A stretch of 34,932 nt of DNA from Octopus bimaculoides (Eukaryota): contig NC_068994.1 of NCBI RefSeq assembly GCF_001194135.2, forward strand, positions 11,670,564 to 11,705,495, given 5' to 3'. This document shows positions 31,247-34,932 of this stretch, in pieces. Below the pieces are notes generated by a model. The model was not told the origin of the DNA. It saw only the letters and a program-made list of their open reading frames with translations, and did no database searches. The position numbers and the translations under genes were made by a program. Numbering within the stretch: the first letter of the stretch is position 1; the number at the start of each line of letters is the position of its first letter.

Positions 31247-32221
31247 NNNNNNNNNNNNNNNNNNNNNNNNNNNNNNNNNNNNNNNNNNNNNNNNNNNNNN
31301 NNNNNNNNNNNNNNNNNNNNNNNNNNNNNNNNNNNNNNNNNNNNNNNNNNNNNNNNNNNNNNNNNNNNNNNNNNNNNNNNNNNNNNNNNNNNNNNNNNNN
31401 NNNNNNNNNNNNNNNNNNNNNNNNNNNNNNNNNNNNNNNNNNNNNNNNNNNNNNNNNNNNNNNNNNNNNNNNNNNNNNNNNNNNNNNNNNNNNNNNNNNN
31501 NNNNNNNNNNNNNNNNNNNNNNNNNNNNNNNNNNNNNNNNNNNNNNNNNNNNNNNNNNNNNNNNNNNNNNNNNNNNNNNNNNNNNNNNNNNNNNNNNNNN
31601 NNNNNNNNNNNNNNNNNNNNNNNNNNNNNNNNNNNNNNNNNNNNNNNNNNNNNNNNNCTGCTTTGTTACGTTGAAGATGATTAACAACTGGATATTTTCT
31701 TTTATATGATTAGACAGGGATATTGAAACGAAAAGTCCGGCTGTAAATATACTCGAAAACAACTGAGATTCGGGAGAAACATAATAAAACTTACTATCGT
31801 TTTAGACGGGGAAAACAGAAATAACCGAAGCAGACGACACATAGACTTGCAAATTAATTAACTAAACAAAACACTATACAAATATAAATGAAAGAAAATG
31901 ATGAAATCTTATGCTCACATTATATTAATACATAAAACTGAATTAAATGCCAAAAGCAATACCCCAACGACAATATTGTCGGTATTGTTCAAGTAAATAT
32001 GTTCTGGTTATCATCTTCTCAGCGTGAAGTAAAATGAATTATCATGGTCGGAGACAAAAAAGAAAAACAAAGAAAAGAACGACTATATTTAGAATATACG
32101 AAGCAAACAACCGACTCAGTAAAATCATATTTACCACGAAATACAGGAAGGTAGAATCCTTCTGCAACAAGAAGGACCCCCTCTAGTTGCAGAAAGACTT
32201 ATTTATTTGTTATCCCTTGTT

Positions 32222-32445
32222 AAGGCAGCGAGCAGGCAGAATCGATGCAGTGCCGGAAAAAGTGCTTAGCGGTATTTCTTCCGGCTTTTTGTTCTGAGTT
32301 CAAATTCCGCTGAAGTCGACTTTACCGTTCATCTTTTCGGGGCCGAATAAATTAAAGCATCAATCAAGCACTAGAGTTCATCTTATCATCTTAACCTCCC
32401 ACTCCATCTCCCATGAAAATGTGCTGACCCTGTGCTGAAACTAAG
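32222..32445 (+). mobile_element. Older SINE family B copy with a third tail type
   Basis: aaggcagcgagcaggcagaatcg..gcttagcggtatttc..tgagttcaaattccgctgaagtcgacttt..ttcatc.tttcgggg. Confidence 0.8.
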
Positions 32446-32764
32446 AAAAACGATTATATATCGCTTGTTAAGACTGAATCGTTAATGCGCTGGATTAAAT
32501 ACAAGGCAGCATTTTTTATGGCTCTTTACGTTCTGAGTTCAAATACTTCGCTGGTTGAGAAGCCAAGACTCAAAATGTTTGATCGCGGCTCAAAAAGCCT
32601 TACCATCAAAAACTGGCAAATGCATATAACACTCCAGAGTACAAAGTCTTGGATGTGATTTCAAAATGCATCCGGAAGTTTCAAGGTTTTGAGAAGAGCA
32701 GAACTACCTCTTAACCACTATTGTTCCCAGGTCTATTCTGATTCGGAGTTGTAACACTTGTCGT

Positions 32765-33248
32765 ATGAGTCTCTGCGCGAACTCATACGATAAACCAACA
32801 ACATTAGCAATGTCGTTGATTGTTCTCCGACGATCTTCATGCACAAGCTAATGAATTTTTCTCCAAATTTCCGGGAGTGACGCTCGTTGCAGGTCTTCCA
32901 GATCGCGCATCGTCTTCCAGGAACGTTCTTCCGCTTTTGAGGCACCCGTGCTATTCGAAACATTGCGAACGACCCATTGCCTCGTTGCCGTTCGCTTGCC
33001 GAAAGGTGCTCAATGTCTCTGTAACAGAATTCTCAAATTAAACGCAAAAGTTCACGTTGACTTTTTGTTCTTGTCGATGACAAAATCGCAGACTACAGCA
33101 TACACATAATCACACAAACACGAAAGGAATGTCGCGCGGCACACTGCCTCATGAAAGTCACTGCTAGCTCTCACTGCGCACGCAACCGTATTGTGTTATC
33201 TGCTGGCGTGTTACAGAACTAGTCCAGGAACTCTTTGATACCATCTCG
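32765..33248 (-). mobile_element. Mariner element 5' end with N-terminal transposase remnant
   Basis: TA|CGAGATGGTATCAAAGAGTTCC terminus at 33250-33227; KVNVNFCV..VTETL..MGRSQCFE..LEDDARSGRPATS..HEDRRRTINDIANVVGLSY. Confidence 0.85.
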
Positions 33249-33399
33249 TAGGCCATCAAACACGGCAGTTTCTGATTGATCGGTTTTAACTAAAATTGAA
33301 TATATGCGTCTGTGTTGGCGATATAGCACTTTAGAAGCTCTACGATCTTTCAGGAAAGTGCGCAGAGAAAATAGATGACGCAAATATACATAATTCAAG

Positions 33400-33740
33400 C
33401 AATCACACAGTAAAGAATTTGACCATATTCTGGAAAACTATCGTTTGTACGAACAGAGAGAGTAAAGAAATTTGTCCGGATATTATTGTCAGAGGACATC
33501 AAGAAAATATGTTTCTTAATTGACGTAGACATTCAAAAGAAAGGACAATGTAACTCTGAAATAATAGAAAAAGTATGAATTATTCAAATATAAAGATCTG
33601 CTGGAAAAAAGAGATATCCTGAAATAAAAAAAAAGAAGAATGATTGAAAACACATATATTACAGAAAATAAGTTCAAAACAATAGAAAAGCTGCAAGCAT
33701 AAAGCAACAAACTCAACACACAATGGTAATGCTGCAATAA

Positions 33741-33827
<87 letters not shown>

Positions 33828-33830
33828 TGA
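33400..33830 (+). mobile_element. Decayed 3' end of an RLE-type LINE ending in (TAA)n
   Basis: TIFWKTIVCTNRE..CPDIIVR.HQE..(frameshift)CFLIDV..DNVTLK..KYKDL resembles the PD..D..K restriction-like endonuclease; followed by (AAT)n at ~33737-33825. Confidence 0.6.
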
Positions 33831-34426
33831 TGATGATAAACAAACAATAAGAAGAGTGCAACTGTTATCGAATGAACAATATTTCGACAGCTCGTGTGTC
33901 TGCCACAAGTTCAAAATAAACATCTCTTCATTTTGGTNNNNNNNNNNNNNNNNNNNNNNNNNNNNNNNNNNNNNNNNNNNNNNNNNNNNNNNNNNNNNNN
34001 NNNNNNNNNNNNNNNNNNNNNNNNNNNNNNNNNNNNNNNNNNNNNNNNNNNNNNNNNNNNNNNNNNNNNNNNNNNNNNNNNNNNNNNNNNNNNNNNNNNN
34101 NNNNNNNNNNNNNNNNNNNNNNNNNNNNNNNNNNNNNNNNNNNNNNNNNNNNNNNNNNNNNNNNNNNNNNNNNNNNNNNNNNNNNNNNNNNNNNNNNNNN
34201 NNNNNNNNNNNNNNNNNNNNNNNNNNNNNNNNNNNNNNNNNNNNNNNNNNNNNNNNNNNNNNNNNNNNNNNNNNNNNNNNNNNNNNNNNNNNNNNNNNNN
34301 NNNNNNNNNNNNNNNNNNNNNNNNNNNNNNNNNNNNNNNNATAGATAGATATTCAAACTAACGGTTACAAAATCTTGTTAGCACGATTCTGACGGTCTTT
34401 GAAATCAAGTGCATTCTCTGTTGCAG

Positions 34427-34473
34427 GTTTTCAATATAGCTTTACTCTACAACTGTATTGAGTCCAAATTTCA
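34427..34473 (+). CDS. Candidate 47-nt internal exon of an unknown host gene
   Basis: CTGAC branch-like motif (~34389), TTCTCTGTTGCAG acceptor, CA|GTGAGT donor; one open frame VFNIALLYNCIESKF. No homology recognised. Confidence 0.25.
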
Positions 34474-34624
34474 GTGAGTCCAAAAACAGCATATGACATG
34501 CTGTTTTTAATCTTCCTTAAAACCACCAGCATCAAATTAGTTGGGTAGATAGAAATTCATAATTGAATGAACCGTGCTATATGTATTCAATACCTTTTTT
34601 TTATTTTTCGTATTTGTACACCTA

Positions 34625-34932
34625 AAAGTATGTGCGTGTGTGTGTGTGTTTCAAAGGGTGTGTCTGTGTGTGTGTGTGTATGTTTTTTATGTACTTATAT
34701 ATGTGTGTGCGTAGGTGTGTGTGTTTGTCTGTCTGTGTTTGTGTATATGTGCCTGTGTGTATTTATACATATATGTATGCATGGATGTATATGTGTATGT
34801 ATATATGTATGCATGCATGTATGTGTGTATATATATATAAACATTCATACATACATGCATACATGCAGGCATACAAGCGATTGTATTTAATTACATATAT
34901 ATATGTATAATGTAAAAAGAGACATATATATA
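34625..34932. repeat. (TG)n/(TATG)n/(TA)n compound microsatellite
   Basis: Direct reading. Confidence 0.95.

Overview
Eukaryotic, repeat-saturated draft-assembly window. About 8.4 kb of the 34.9 kb lies in 16 N-gaps. The microsatellite load and the tRNA-derived SINE families suggest a coleoid cephalopod, probably Octopus (inference from recalled repeat families, not a search). No intact host gene is visible, and nearly all long ORFs in the supplied track are microsatellite or N-gap artefacts. Recognisable content: (1) decayed DNA transposons, namely a frameshift-free Tc1 (DD34E) transposase pseudogene interrupted by a 116-nt GT-AG intron, three mariner fragments, an internally deleted DD37D element, and a 334-bp non-autonomous hAT with a perfect 8-bp TSD; (2) two restriction-like-endonuclease (R4/Dong/NeSL-type) LINE remnants and a Penelope-like element (PLE) fragment; (3) at least three SINE families, including head-to-tail multimers that share one junction; (4) several near-perfect fold-back palindromes. 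The main unexplained signal is four different type I hammerhead-ribozyme motifs within about 9 kb (2944, 4284, 8798, 11645). Two have intact catalytic cores, and one sits inside a ~540-bp element with direct and inverted repeats, consistent with PLE-mobilised retrozyme-like elements. All structures and alignments were read by eye.
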